DNA of 24,000 nucleotides, taken from an uncultured Phycisphaeraceae bacterium. GTDB lineage: Bacteria; Planctomycetota; Phycisphaerae; UBA1845. The translations under genes were made by a program, and so were the position numbers. Below the pieces are notes generated by a model. That model was given only the letters and a program-made list of their open reading frames with translations. It was not told the origin of the DNA and did no database searches. Of this stretch, positions 1 to 9,426 are shown piece after piece. Positions within the stretch are counted from its first letter, which is position 1. Every line of letters starts with the position of its first letter. The stretch spans positions 6,553 through 30,552 of the forward strand of contig CAZYXP010000003.1 in assembly GCA_964651325.1 (NCBI GenBank), read 5' to 3'.

Positions 1-199
1 TGCAAGCGAATCAGACAGGTCCAGCGCCTCGCCAGGAACCTGTTGATTGTTTGATTGTCACAGGTACAGCAGCTTCGCCGGCGGCGAAAAGATGGCGAAA
101 GATCAAAAGGCGAGCGTGAAAAAGGGCGCGTCTTTGGCTACAGTACGCCCCCGTCAGGGCTGGATGTGTCAGGGAAAGACGTGTCATGTGTGATCAGGG

Positions 200-1756
200 A
201 TGAACAGAATCAGCCATGAAGGCGACGCGCGATCCTGGGCGTTTCTCGATCTGATCGAGAAGAGCCTCATCGATCCGGGCGACACAAGGCCCCGCTGCGT
301 CCTGACCCCTTCCAAGAGTGTCTCGATTTCGGCACTCTGTGACGACTCCAGACAGGTGACCCCGGGCGCCTGTTTTGTGGCCGTCCGAGGAACGGATTTC
401 GACGGCCACGACTTCGTAGCGGATGCCATGCGCCGCGGAGCCGCCGCTGTGATCGTCGAGCACGATCTGCCGGTGGAGCCCCCCATCGCAAGAGTCCTTG
501 TGTCCGACACCCGGGGGGCGCTGGCCCGGCTGGCCGGCACCTTTTTTGAAATCAACGCTCCAAGACGCCCCCGACTTCGTTTGCTCGGGGTAACCGGGAC
601 CAACGGCAAGTCCACAACCGCCTGGTTTCTTCGCTCCATCCTGAAAGCGCAGGGGTCCAAAACCGCGATGCTGGGGACCATCGAATACGATCTCGCAGAT
701 CGACACCTTGACGCGCCGCTCACCACACCGGGCCCGATTGAACTCTGCCGCCACCTGAGCCGCGCGGCCACAGTCGGCGCGAAGTATGGCGTCCTCGAAG
801 TGTCTTCGCACGCTCTGGATCAGCGACGCACCGACGGGCTCGATTTTGAGGCGGCCGTCTTTACGAATCTAAGCGGCGACCATCTAGACTACCACAAAAC
901 GACTGAGGCTTACCTCCAATCCAAGTGCCGACTGTTCGCCAATCAGCGCGAAGACGCATGGGCCGTAGTCAACCTGGAAGATCCTGTGGCTGAGGAAGTG
1001 ATCAGCTCGGCGCAAGGCCGGGTGCGTACGTTTGCGTTGGATCATCGGTCGGCAGACTTCCATGCGGAAATCGTAGAAGCCGACATCCACGGAACAGACG
1101 CGATCGTTTTCGGCAAGAAGTTCAGGATCCCGGTCCGCGTCAAGCTGCCCGGTCGATACAACGTGTCCAACGCGCTGGCCGCCGCCGCTGCGGCAAGCCT
1201 GCTCGACGTGGATCATGAAGCCATCAGAGAGGGCATTGAAGGTGTGGCCGGCGTGCCCGGGCGGTTGCAGTCCGCGAGTGCTGCGGATTGCCCGTTTACG
1301 GTGCTCGTCGATTATGCGCACACCGACGACGCCCTGGCCCATGCATTGAATACGCTCGCTCCGCTGACGCGCGGCCGGCTGATCTGCGTCTTTGGCTGCG
1401 GCGGAGACCGCGACCGCACCAAACGCCCAAGAATGGCGGCGATTGCCGATCAGTTGTGCGATGTGGCCTGGGTTACCAGCGACAATCCGCGCCACGAAGC
1501 GCCTCAGGCGATCGTGGACGACATCGTAACGGGCTTCGCCCAACCGCCCCAATGCTCCTTGCACGTTGAGGTGGATCGCCACAAGGCAATCCAAGGCGCA
1601 ATTGAATCGGCGCTGCCTGGGGATACGATCCTCATCGCGGGCAAAGGGCACGAAACGATTCAGCAAATCGGCGACACCAAGCTCAATTTCGACGACGTGG
1701 CCGTCGCCAAAGCGTGTGCACGATCCCACGTGCCGGCCAGCGAGGTGGTGGTATGA
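200..1756 (+). CDS. murE: UDP-N-acetylmuramoyl-L-alanyl-D-glutamate--2,6-diaminopimelate ligase (MurE)
   Basis: 518-aa ORF. Mur-ligase P-loop GVTGTNGKSTT, plus DYAHTDDAL, GCGGDRD and SDNPRHE (the DNPR motif typical of meso-DAP-adding MurE). First gene of a dcw-type run. The ATG at 200 is unverified. Confidence 0.93.
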   Translation: MNRISHEGDARSWAFLDLIEKSLIDPGDTRPRCVLTPSKSVSISALCDDSRQVTPGACFVAVRGTDFDGHDFVADAMRRGAAAVIVEHDLPVEPPIARVLVSDTRGALARLAGTFFEINAPRRPRLRLLGVTGTNGKSTTAWFLRSILKAQGSKTAMLGTIEYDLADRHLDAPLTTPGPIELCRHLSRAATVGAKYGVLEVSSHALDQRRTDGLDFEAAVFTNLSGDHLDYHKTTEAYLQSKCRLFANQREDAWAVVNLEDPVAEEVISSAQGRVRTFALDHRSADFHAEIVEADIHGTDAIVFGKKFRIPVRVKLPGRYNVSNALAAAAAASLLDVDHEAIREGIEGVAGVPGRLQSASAADCPFTVLVDYAHTDDALAHALNTLAPLTRGRLICVFGCGGDRDRTKRPRMAAIADQLCDVAWVTSDNPRHEAPQAIVDDIVTGFAQPPQCSLHVEVDRHKAIQGAIESALPGDTILIAGKGHETIQQIGDTKLNFDDVAVAKACARSHVPASEVVV

Positions 1757-3162
1757 TTCCCATGCGCCTCGGTGACATCGTCCGCGCGGTGGGCGGCACC
1801 GCCGATGCTATCTGCGGCGACACGCTGGTTCGGCGGGTCGTCACGAATTCGCGAGACGTCAAAGCAGGCGATCTGTTTGTGGCGATCGTCGGGGCGCGGA
1901 TGGACGGCCATCGCTTTGTCGAACCCGCCCTGGCGCGGGGGGCGGCAGCATGCCTGGTCTCGAAGAACGAAAACGGGGCGATACAGACCAACGAGTCGCG
2001 CATCCTCGTTAGTGACACCGTAGAAGCACTCGGAAAGCTAGCGGCCCATTACCGTAATTCGGTCATGCCGAAGACCACGCGCATCGTGGCGATCACGGGG
2101 AGCAACGGCAAGACGACGACGAAATTCATGCTGGACCATGTTCTGAAAGCGGCGTTGCCCGGTCGGGCCGCCCCCGCAAGCTTCAACAACAACATTGGCG
2201 TGCCGCTGACCATCCTTTCCGCGAGAGAAAAGGATCGATACCTCGTCGTCGAGATCGGGTCGAACGCGCGCGGCGAGGTCGCGTCGCTCGCTGCCATAGC
2301 CGCCCCCGATGTCGGCGTGATTACGTCTATCGGCGAGGCCCATTTGGAAGGCTTCGGAAGCATCGAGGCCATTGCCGACGAGAAATCCTCCTTGCTCGAC
2401 CATATCAAGACGCAGGGGGCGGCGTTCGTCAACGTCGATCGGCCAGAAATCCTACCGTTCTTACGCCGGTTCGGCGGTGGTCGCCTGATGCGATTCGGGT
2501 TTGGCCGAGGCGCCGATCTTCGCGTAACCGACCCAAGCGGATCCATCGCGCACACTGCGTTTGAACTCGGTGGACGATTCCACGTCGAGCTGCCCCTGCC
2601 CGGACATCACCACGCGACCAACGCGGCCGTCGTCTTCGGCGTGGCTCGGTGGTTCGCGTTGGCGCCCAAACAGATCATACAGAGCCTCTCAACGTTTGAA
2701 GCCGCCCCCGGCCGCGCAAACCGGCGCACGGTCGGCGGGGTCAACATCATTGACGACGCCTACAACGCGAATCCGGCCAGCATGGCTTCTGCGATCGACT
2801 CGCTGGGTCGCGCAGTCAGCCGTCGGCGCATCATGGTCATGGGCGACATGCTGGAGCTCGGCGAGGCCGCCCTACCCCAGCACGATCGAGTCATCGAGCA
2901 AGCGATCGCATCGCCCATCGAGAAGATCATCGGAGTGGGAAGCGTCATGGGCCAAGCGGTCGGGCTGTACGGCGCGCGGGCGGGCGGCGAACGCCTGATG
3001 AGTTTCCCGACGCAAGAGGAGGCAGGACGCTACCTGTGCTGCGCGCTAGAAGCCGGAGATACCGTCTGGATCAAGGGATCGCGGGCCATGGGCCTGGATC
3101 GCATTGTAGACTCGCTTTGCACGCGTTTGTGCGAAGCGAACAAGGCGACCGCCTCCGCGTGA
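1753..3162 (+). CDS. murF: UDP-N-acetylmuramoyl-tripeptide--D-alanyl-D-alanine ligase (MurF)
   Basis: The tracked ORF is 1714-3162. The ATG at 1753 forms an ATGA overlap with the murE stop, giving MIPMRLGDIV as the N-terminus. P-loop AITGSNGKTTTK, IDDAYNANP and GDMLELG are present, and the gene sits in the canonical position after murE. Confidence 0.92.
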   Translation: MIPMRLGDIVRAVGGTADAICGDTLVRRVVTNSRDVKAGDLFVAIVGARMDGHRFVEPALARGAAACLVSKNENGAIQTNESRILVSDTVEALGKLAAHYRNSVMPKTTRIVAITGSNGKTTTKFMLDHVLKAALPGRAAPASFNNNIGVPLTILSAREKDRYLVVEIGSNARGEVASLAAIAAPDVGVITSIGEAHLEGFGSIEAIADEKSSLLDHIKTQGAAFVNVDRPEILPFLRRFGGGRLMRFGFGRGADLRVTDPSGSIAHTAFELGGRFHVELPLPGHHHATNAAVVFGVARWFALAPKQIIQSLSTFEAAPGRANRRTVGGVNIIDDAYNANPASMASAIDSLGRAVSRRRIMVMGDMLELGEAALPQHDRVIEQAIASPIEKIIGVGSVMGQAVGLYGARAGGERLMSFPTQEEAGRYLCCALEAGDTVWIKGSRAMGLDRIVDSLCTRLCEANKATASA

Positions 3163-3199
3163 ACCATCCGAACCGCAGAAAGCACTGCTTGAGTTTATT

Positions 3200-4342
3200 G
3201 TGATTTACCATCTGCTTGATTTTTGGTTGGAAGGCAAACCCTACGCCTACCAGGATCCGCTATTTCGCGGAGCCTGTGCGGCGCTCCTTTGCTTCCTGGC
3301 CATTCTTGTTTTCGCCCCACGGGTCATCCGGCGGCTGGTAGAATGGAAAGTCGGTGATCGACCCGAGTTTGACCACGCCACGCTTAATCAGCTGATGCAA
3401 AACAAGGCCAACATACCGACCATGGGCGGCGTCATCGTTCTGGGAGCCATCGCCGTGGCGGTCCTATTGCTATGCGATTTGACCAATTTCTACGTCCAGC
3501 TCGGCTTGGCTTGCCTGGTTTGGCTTACCCTACTCGGTGGGATCGACGATTGGCTCAAGCTAACCTCCGCGCGTCGCCAAGATTCGCGCGATGGGCTAAA
3601 AACGTACGAGAAACTGCTGTTTCAAATCGGCCTCGGCGTCTTGATCGGCTTTTACGTCTTCAACCACGGTCGCAGCAACTTCGCGATTTCCAGCCCGCTG
3701 GTCCAGCCCGGCGCCGTGGAAGCGTACAAAATCCTCTCCGTGCCGTTTTACAAAGTCGGCATACAGCTCGGCGCCCTGGCCTTCATGTTTGTTACGGTAC
3801 TGGTCACCACGGGCACATCCAACGCGGTCAATCTGACGGATGGGATGGACGGGCTGGCCGCCGGATGCGTCGCCATTTGCGCGCTGGTCTTCGCGGTGCT
3901 CACCTACATCGTCGGCAATGAAATGCTCGCCGCCAAGTTGCTGTTCCTGCACGTGCCCCAATGCGGAGAACTGGTCGTCTTCTGCGGTTCGATCTGCGGG
4001 GCTTGCCTGGGATTTCTCTGGTACAACTGCCATCCGGCCAAGGTCTTCATGGGCGACACCGGATCGCTTCCATTGGGCGGGCTGATCGGCTATGTGGCCA
4101 TCGTGACGCGGCAGGAATTGATGCTGTTGATCGCTGGAGGCGTCTTCGTAATCGAAGCCCTGTCGGTGATGACCCAAGTCGGCTATTTCAAATACTCCGG
4201 TGGCCAGCGCGTTTTTCGCTGCGCCCCGATTCACCACCATTTTCATCTGGGCGGATGGAGCGAGACGCAAACCGTCGTCCGTTTCTGGCTGGTGGCCGCC
4301 ATGTTCGCCAGTTTCGCACTTGCGACGATTAAGCTACGATAA
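3200..4342 (+). CDS. mraY: phospho-N-acetylmuramoyl-pentapeptide transferase (MraY)
   Basis: 380-aa polytopic membrane ORF with a GTG start. Contains NAVNLTDGMDGLA, FMGDTGSLPLGG and APIHHHFHLGGW. Confidence 0.93.
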   Translation: MIYHLLDFWLEGKPYAYQDPLFRGACAALLCFLAILVFAPRVIRRLVEWKVGDRPEFDHATLNQLMQNKANIPTMGGVIVLGAIAVAVLLLCDLTNFYVQLGLACLVWLTLLGGIDDWLKLTSARRQDSRDGLKTYEKLLFQIGLGVLIGFYVFNHGRSNFAISSPLVQPGAVEAYKILSVPFYKVGIQLGALAFMFVTVLVTTGTSNAVNLTDGMDGLAAGCVAICALVFAVLTYIVGNEMLAAKLLFLHVPQCGELVVFCGSICGACLGFLWYNCHPAKVFMGDTGSLPLGGLIGYVAIVTRQELMLLIAGGVFVIEALSVMTQVGYFKYSGGQRVFRCAPIHHHFHLGGWSETQTVVRFWLVAAMFASFALATIKLR

Positions 4343-4417
4343 AGCCTGAAATGAAGCCCGCCAGCCGCGGAATTCGTTCGGGGAAACAGCGTTCGCGATG
4401 GTCACGGAAGACGCACC

Positions 4418-5641
4418 ATGCCGAAATCAATAGCACGCGCTCAAACCCGCCGCGACGCCATTCTGATCGTAGCGCTCGCGCTGCTGGTCCTAGGATTGGT
4501 GGCGGTGGCGTCTGCGACGGCTTCGCTTTCCCAATCTCTTCTCGAGTCATTCTCCTGGAACAACTCCTTCGGACGGCAAGCCCTTTTTGTCCTGGTCGGC
4601 GCGAGCCTCATGGTGGCCGTTTCGCGTATGGCGCCCACCCTAGTGGGCTCCGGCTCCTGGCAGAAAGTCGCAGCCATCGCCCTTGGCGCCGTGGCGATGA
4701 TTGGATTGACCCTCCCTCTCATTCCCGGGCTTGCAACCCAACATCGCGGCTCCCTACGCTGGCTACAGTTTTCCGCGGGCGGCGCGACCATCAACATGCA
4801 GCCGTCGGAATTTACCAAGTTGGCGATGGTGGTCTTCCTCGCTTGGTGGGCGACCCGGCCGAGCGTCGATCTGCGCTCGTTTTGGACGGGATTCATGCCG
4901 ATGATCTGCGGCGTCGGCCTGTGCGCGGGGCTCGTTGCGCAGGAGGACGTAGGCACGGCCGCCTTAATGGCGGTGGTGGCCGTGATGGTGCTGGTCGTGG
5001 CGGGTTGCAGGCTGATCCACCTTGGCTCGGCCGCGCTGCTCGGTATCGGCGGGCTGGCCTACCTCATTGTTTTTGAGACCTATCGCATGCGGCGAATCAA
5101 CGCCTTTTGGGATCTTACCGAGGATCCGCTCGGGGACAGCTATCAACCGTTGCAGTCCCTAACCACCATCGCTTCCGGCGGTTGGTTCGGCATGGGGCTT
5201 GGCGCGGGGATTCAAAAACACGGGTACCTACCGGAAAACCACACCGACTTCATATTCGCGACGATCTGCGAGGAGATGGGCCTCTTGGGCGGGTTTGTGA
5301 TCATCGGCCTGTTCGGCACGATGGTCTGGCTCGGGCTCAAGACCATGCGCAACGCCGCTTCGAACTTTGAACGCCTGCTCGCCTTCGGGCTCACCGCCAT
5401 GATCGGATGGCAAGCCGTGATGAATATCGCTGTGGTGACGGTGGTGGCGCCTACGACCGGCATCTCGCTGCCCTTCGTCTCTGCCGGCGGGAGCGGCATT
5501 CTGACGTATTCAGTGATGATCGGCCTGTTGGCTGCGATCGCGTATCGCAGCCAAATGGTCGAGGCCGGACAGCGACCGGCACTGGCCACAGGCGCGGCCA
5601 TTCGCTTCGGCGCGGCCTCCCCTCAAGCGGGTACGCCCTAA
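4418..5641 (+). CDS. ftsW: SEDS-family peptidoglycan glycosyltransferase (FtsW/RodA type; FtsW by position)
   Basis: 407-aa polytopic ORF with QPSEFTKLA, LPENHTDFIFATICEE and GISLPFVSAGGSG. It lies between mraY and murG. Confidence 0.88.
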   Translation: MPKSIARAQTRRDAILIVALALLVLGLVAVASATASLSQSLLESFSWNNSFGRQALFVLVGASLMVAVSRMAPTLVGSGSWQKVAAIALGAVAMIGLTLPLIPGLATQHRGSLRWLQFSAGGATINMQPSEFTKLAMVVFLAWWATRPSVDLRSFWTGFMPMICGVGLCAGLVAQEDVGTAALMAVVAVMVLVVAGCRLIHLGSAALLGIGGLAYLIVFETYRMRRINAFWDLTEDPLGDSYQPLQSLTTIASGGWFGMGLGAGIQKHGYLPENHTDFIFATICEEMGLLGGFVIIGLFGTMVWLGLKTMRNAASNFERLLAFGLTAMIGWQAVMNIAVVTVVAPTTGISLPFVSAGGSGILTYSVMIGLLAAIAYRSQMVEAGQRPALATGAAIRFGAASPQAGTP

Positions 5642-5644
5642 ACC

Positions 5645-6832
5645 ATGGGACACGCCGGCGAGCCCAAACCCCTCATTGTTTTCGCCGGCGGCGGCACCGG
5701 AGGCCATCTGTATCCGGCCCTCGCCATCGCCGGCTCGCTTCGGCGGTTGGCCAAGGGCTGTCGAATCGTCTTTTTCGGCACGGACCGGCCCATCGACGCG
5801 CAGATTCTTTCGAACACGCAGTGGGAGTTGATTTGCCAGCGGCTGCCGCGTTTGTCGGCCGCGCCGTGGCGCTGGCCGGGGATCGCAGCCGCCTATCGTC
5901 GGGCGGCCACCGAGTGTCACAGTCGCTTCCTGCAGGACCGCCCCGATTGGGTGATCGGAACCGGCGGCCTCGGCTGCGTTCCTCCGGTGCGGCAAGCCGC
6001 GAAGCTGGGCATCAAGACGGCGCTCCTCAATCCCGACGCCCTCCCCGGCCGCGCCAACAAACATTTGGCGCGATCGGTGGACACCGTCTTCGTCCAGTGG
6101 CCCAAAGCGAGGGAGGCGTTTTCAAGCTTGATCGAAGTTCAGGTGACCGGCTGCCCGGTCCGTTCCGCGTTTGCGCGCTGCTCCCGAGACGACGGCCTCC
6201 AACGATTCGACCTTGATCCCGACAAGAAAACGCTGCTCGTCACCGGAGCGTCGCAAGGCGCGCGGACCATTAACGAGGCCACGGTCGCATGCGTCGATTT
6301 CCTCAAGAGCCAGCGCGATTGGCAAGTGCTACACCTTACCGGGCAAGCCGACTACGATTCGGTCGTATCCGGCTACACCGACGCGCGATACAAGGCCGTG
6401 GTCGTCGCGTTCACCGAACACATGGCCGATGCCCTCGCGTGCGCCGATCTGGTCGTTTCGCGGGGGGGGGCATCCACGCTCGCGGAAATCACAGCGCTCG
6501 GTAAGCCTTCGATCCTGCTTCCTTACCCCTACCATCGAGACATGCACCAACTGGCCAACGCACAATGCCTTGCGGATACGAACCACGGCCCGGCCGCCAG
6601 GATCGTCATTGATGCTAAAAACAGGCACGAAAACGCGCCCAAGCTACGCCAGGCATTGCAAGAAATCATGTCTGACGCAAGGCTCCGCGACGCGATGGCC
6701 AAGGCGGCCGCGGCGCTGAGCGCGGGCGATCCCGCCGACAAAATCGCCCGTGTTTTGCTGGAAACGACAGACCGATCTTCATCTCGCCAAGCCTGTGAAT
6801 TGTTGGAGCCGACGCCGCAAACGGCCCGATGA
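5645..6832 (+). CDS. murG: undecaprenyldiphospho-muramoylpentapeptide beta-N-acetylglucosaminyltransferase (MurG)
   Basis: 395-aa ORF starting 3 nt after the ftsW stop. Contains FAGGGTGGHLYPALAIA and VSRGGASTLAEITALGKPSILLPYP. Confidence 0.9.
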   Translation: MGHAGEPKPLIVFAGGGTGGHLYPALAIAGSLRRLAKGCRIVFFGTDRPIDAQILSNTQWELICQRLPRLSAAPWRWPGIAAAYRRAATECHSRFLQDRPDWVIGTGGLGCVPPVRQAAKLGIKTALLNPDALPGRANKHLARSVDTVFVQWPKAREAFSSLIEVQVTGCPVRSAFARCSRDDGLQRFDLDPDKKTLLVTGASQGARTINEATVACVDFLKSQRDWQVLHLTGQADYDSVVSGYTDARYKAVVVAFTEHMADALACADLVVSRGGASTLAEITALGKPSILLPYPYHRDMHQLANAQCLADTNHGPAARIVIDAKNRHENAPKLRQALQEIMSDARLRDAMAKAAAALSAGDPADKIARVLLETTDRSSSRQACELLEPTPQTAR

Positions 6833-6904
6833 AAATAGGGAGGCGTGCCCCCTGTTCGCAGGGCGGCGATTTCGTTATCGTTAAGAAACTTAAGCTGCCA
6901 AAAC

Positions 6905-6933
6905 CCGTACGGACAACGTACGGTTTTCTCTTT
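6905..6933 (+). terminator. intrinsic terminator-like hairpin between murG and murC
   Basis: CCGTACG (6905-6911) pairs with CGTACGG (6917-6923) around the loop GACAA, followed by TTTTCTCTTT. An A-run precedes the stem. The murC RBS AAAGGAG follows at 6938-6944. Confidence 0.55.
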
Positions 6934-6949
6934 CGCAAAAGGAGTTGCG

Positions 6950-8428
6950 ATGAACGCACCGCCTCCCCTCGGCCCGTTTCGCGATCGCAGGGTTCACCTG
7001 ATTGGGATTGGCGGGTGCGGGATGAGCGGCGCGGCAGCCATGCTGCTTGATATGGGGGCGAGCGTTTCCGGATCAGACCTGGGCCAATTCGAAGGGCTCG
7101 GCGCGCTCGTGTCCAGCGGCGCGAGAATCGCGATTGGCCACCGCAGTGAGCAGGTCCACCCGGATACAGATCTGGTGGTCATGAGTGCAGCCGTGCCCGA
7201 TACCAACCCAGAATTAGTGGAGGCGCGGCGCCGGAACCTGCCCGTCATCAAGTACGCCCAATTGCTCGGTCAGCTCATGAGCCATCGCGTCGGCGTGGCC
7301 ATCGCGGGCACGCACGGCAAGAGCACCACAACCGCTCTGGCCGCATGGCTGTTCCGAGACTCCGGGTTAGACCCATCTTTTATTTTCGGCGCCAGATCGG
7401 AACAACTTGGTGGGCCCAGCGGGGTCGGCCGGGGCGATCAGTTCGTGGTGGAGGCGTGCGAGTTCGATCGATCCTTCTTGCAATTGCGCCCGCACTACGC
7501 GGCGATTCTCAACATCGAACGGGATCACCTCGATTGCTACAACGACTTTGACGACTTGATCGATGCCTTCTCCTCGTTCGCCGGGCAGGTGGAGCCCAGC
7601 GGCCTGCTGATCTGCAACGGCGAAGATCCAATCGCGTGTCGGGCCGCCCGTGCGGCAGTGGCCTGCGTTGAGACGTTTGGTTTCGATGAATCGGCCGATT
7701 GGCGGGCAGTCAACCTCGAGTGCGAATTAGGGTGCTATCGTTTCGACGTCGAATACCACGGCCGGAACCTGTTTTCGACAAGCCTCTGCATCCCCGGTCG
7801 ATACAACGTCGCCAACGCGCTGGCGGCTGCGGCGCTTGCGCATCATGCTGGCGCGGACGTGGATGCCTTGGCGAAGGCCATGCCGGAGTTTTTCGGAATT
7901 CAGCGCCGATTGAGCTGGTGCGGCCAAGGGAGAGGAATCACCATTGTCGATGATTACGCCCATCATCCAACCGAAATCAAGGTGACGATCGGCGCCGCGC
8001 GAGCGCGCTATCAACCCAAACGCACCTTGGTCGTGTTTCAGCCCCACCAATACGCACGCACGTGCGATTTGATGGATGAGTTCGCCGAGGCCTTTGCCCA
8101 GGCGGACGAAGTCATCGTGCCCGACATCTATGCGGCCCGCGAACCCGGCGCGCGTGCCGCCGAGGGCTCCGCGGAACTTGTCGATCGAATCCGCGCCCGC
8201 GGTGGAAGGGCGCGATATCGGGCAACCTTGCCGGACGCGGCGAAACACGTGCTGGCCGAAGCGCGCGCCGGAGATCTGGTCGTGACCATGGGAGCGGGAG
8301 ACGTTTGGAAAATTGCGGATGAACTGGTGGGAAAACTTTGCGGACAGGATGCAACAGGATGTTCCGCTCGCACGCATGACCTGGTTCCGGCTGGGCGGCA
8401 ACGCGCGGTGCCTGTTCCGACCGCGTGA
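6950..8428 (+). CDS. murC: UDP-N-acetylmuramate--L-alanine ligase (MurC)
   Basis: The tracked ORF is 6845-8428. The ATG at 6950 is preceded by AAAGGAG, giving MNAPPPLG as the N-terminus. Contains HLIGIGGCGMSG, IAGTHGKSTTT, DDYAHHPTEI and FQPHQYART. The C-terminal tail overlaps murB. Confidence 0.92.
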   Translation: MNAPPPLGPFRDRRVHLIGIGGCGMSGAAAMLLDMGASVSGSDLGQFEGLGALVSSGARIAIGHRSEQVHPDTDLVVMSAAVPDTNPELVEARRRNLPVIKYAQLLGQLMSHRVGVAIAGTHGKSTTTALAAWLFRDSGLDPSFIFGARSEQLGGPSGVGRGDQFVVEACEFDRSFLQLRPHYAAILNIERDHLDCYNDFDDLIDAFSSFAGQVEPSGLLICNGEDPIACRAARAAVACVETFGFDESADWRAVNLECELGCYRFDVEYHGRNLFSTSLCIPGRYNVANALAAAALAHHAGADVDALAKAMPEFFGIQRRLSWCGQGRGITIVDDYAHHPTEIKVTIGAARARYQPKRTLVVFQPHQYARTCDLMDEFAEAFAQADEVIVPDIYAAREPGARAAEGSAELVDRIRARGGRARYRATLPDAAKHVLAEARAGDLVVTMGAGDVWKIADELVGKLCGQDATGCSARTHDLVPAGRQRAVPVPTA

Positions 8429-9197
8429 TGCGGACGACCTGGCCTGCCTGATGCGCCGGGCTGCCGAGCAGCGGGTGCCGGTTAAGGTGCTCGGGGCCGG
8501 CGCCAACGTGCTGGTGGGCGACGACGGGTTTGACGGCGTGGTCGTGCGATTGGATGCGCCCGCGCTGAAGCGTGTCGAGCAGCGCGGCGATTGCTGCACG
8601 GTCGGCGGCGGCGCAGACCTCATGCCGCTTTCGCGCGGCCTCAGCGACCGCGGCTGGTCCGGCCTGGAATGCATGGCAGGCATACCCGCCACGGTTGGCG
8701 GCGCCGTCAAAATGAACGCCGGGGGACGATTCGGAGAAATCGGGGATGTTATTCGTGAGGTAGTGCTTGTAGACAAAGCGGGCGAGATGGATACGTGGTC
8801 TGCGCATCGGCTTGGCTTGGGCTACCGCAGCAGCAACATCACCGATCAGATCGTCGTCAGCGTCACGATGCAACTTGCCGAGGCTGATCCGAGTGAATCC
8901 GGCGGCCGGTACGCGGAGTATTTTGCGTTTAAGGAGCAATCTCAACCGATCAAGGACCGCAGCGCGGGCTGCGTTTTTAAGAACCCCGCAGGGGAATCGG
9001 CCGGCGCGCTGATCGACCGAGCCGGATTGAAAGGGCTTTCCTGCGGCGGCGCCGAGGTCTCGCACCGGCATGCCAACTTCATCGTGACCCGGCAAAATGC
9101 CATAGCGTCCGACGTCATCCGGCTGATCGACAGGGTTCGCACAATCATTGACAAGGACTTTGGCATAGAACTAGAAACCGAGGTCGACATTTGGTAG
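8319..9197 (+). CDS. murB: UDP-N-acetylenolpyruvoylglucosamine reductase (MurB)
   Basis: The tracked ORF is 8313-9197. Contains DVPLARMTWFRLGGNA, VLGAGANVLV, SAGCVFKNP and HRHANFIV. The start is uncertain: TTG 8313, ATG 8319 or ATG 8349. Every candidate start overlaps murC out of frame. Confidence 0.88.
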   Translation: MNWWENFADRMQQDVPLARMTWFRLGGNARCLFRPRDADDLACLMRRAAEQRVPVKVLGAGANVLVGDDGFDGVVVRLDAPALKRVEQRGDCCTVGGGADLMPLSRGLSDRGWSGLECMAGIPATVGGAVKMNAGGRFGEIGDVIREVVLVDKAGEMDTWSAHRLGLGYRSSNITDQIVVSVTMQLAEADPSESGGRYAEYFAFKEQSQPIKDRSAGCVFKNPAGESAGALIDRAGLKGLSCGGAEVSHRHANFIVTRQNAIASDVIRLIDRVRTIIDKDFGIELETEVDIW

Positions 9198-9206
9198 GAG
9201 CCAATA

Positions 9207-9254
9207 GGCGTGTACCGCGCCGCGGGCTTCAGCCCGCGCGGTCACAGGTGCCTG
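9207..9254. repeat. REP-like GC-rich imperfect hairpin (copy 1 of the 23-nt core GCCGCGGGCTTCAGCCCGCGCGG)
   Basis: The core lies at 9219-9241. CGCGGGC and GCCCGCG form a 7-bp stem with loop TTCA. Outer pairings ACCG/CGGT and AGGC/GCCT extend it. It starts 10 nt after the murB stop. Confidence 0.7.
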
Positions 9255-9426
9255 GCACTTACGAAATGGTAGCAGCCCATACGAGTGCGGGGCAGGTGTT
9301 TGCCTGCCAGTAGCGAGCGAGCCATATATGGGCAGGGGAACGCCCCGCCTCCGGCGGACCAACCCACTGCCCTACCGGGCAGTTGATAGCTGACGGTTCA
9401 CTGATACCGACAAGGATGATCGCATC

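Noticed and set aside
1-199. A possible 3' end of an upstream gene (frame 1, high GC3, stop at 52-54), tandem TTGATTGT x2 (43-58), TCAGGG x3 and GTGTCA x2 (154-199) upstream of murE, and a 33-aa ORF at 92-193.
   Set aside because: Seventeen codons are too few to identify a gene. The short repeats have irregular spacing and no known match. The 33-aa ORF has no RBS and poor codon usage.
184-9095. Long antisense or alternate-frame ORFs over the dcw genes, e.g. 184-811 (-), 884-1729 (-), 4351-5076 (+), 5407-6216 (+), 7727-8776 (-), 8112-9095 (-).
   Set aside because: These are typical high-GC shadow ORFs. They are Arg/Pro/Gly/Ala-rich and low in complexity, carry no motifs, and each lies fully within a gene that has clear family signatures in another frame.
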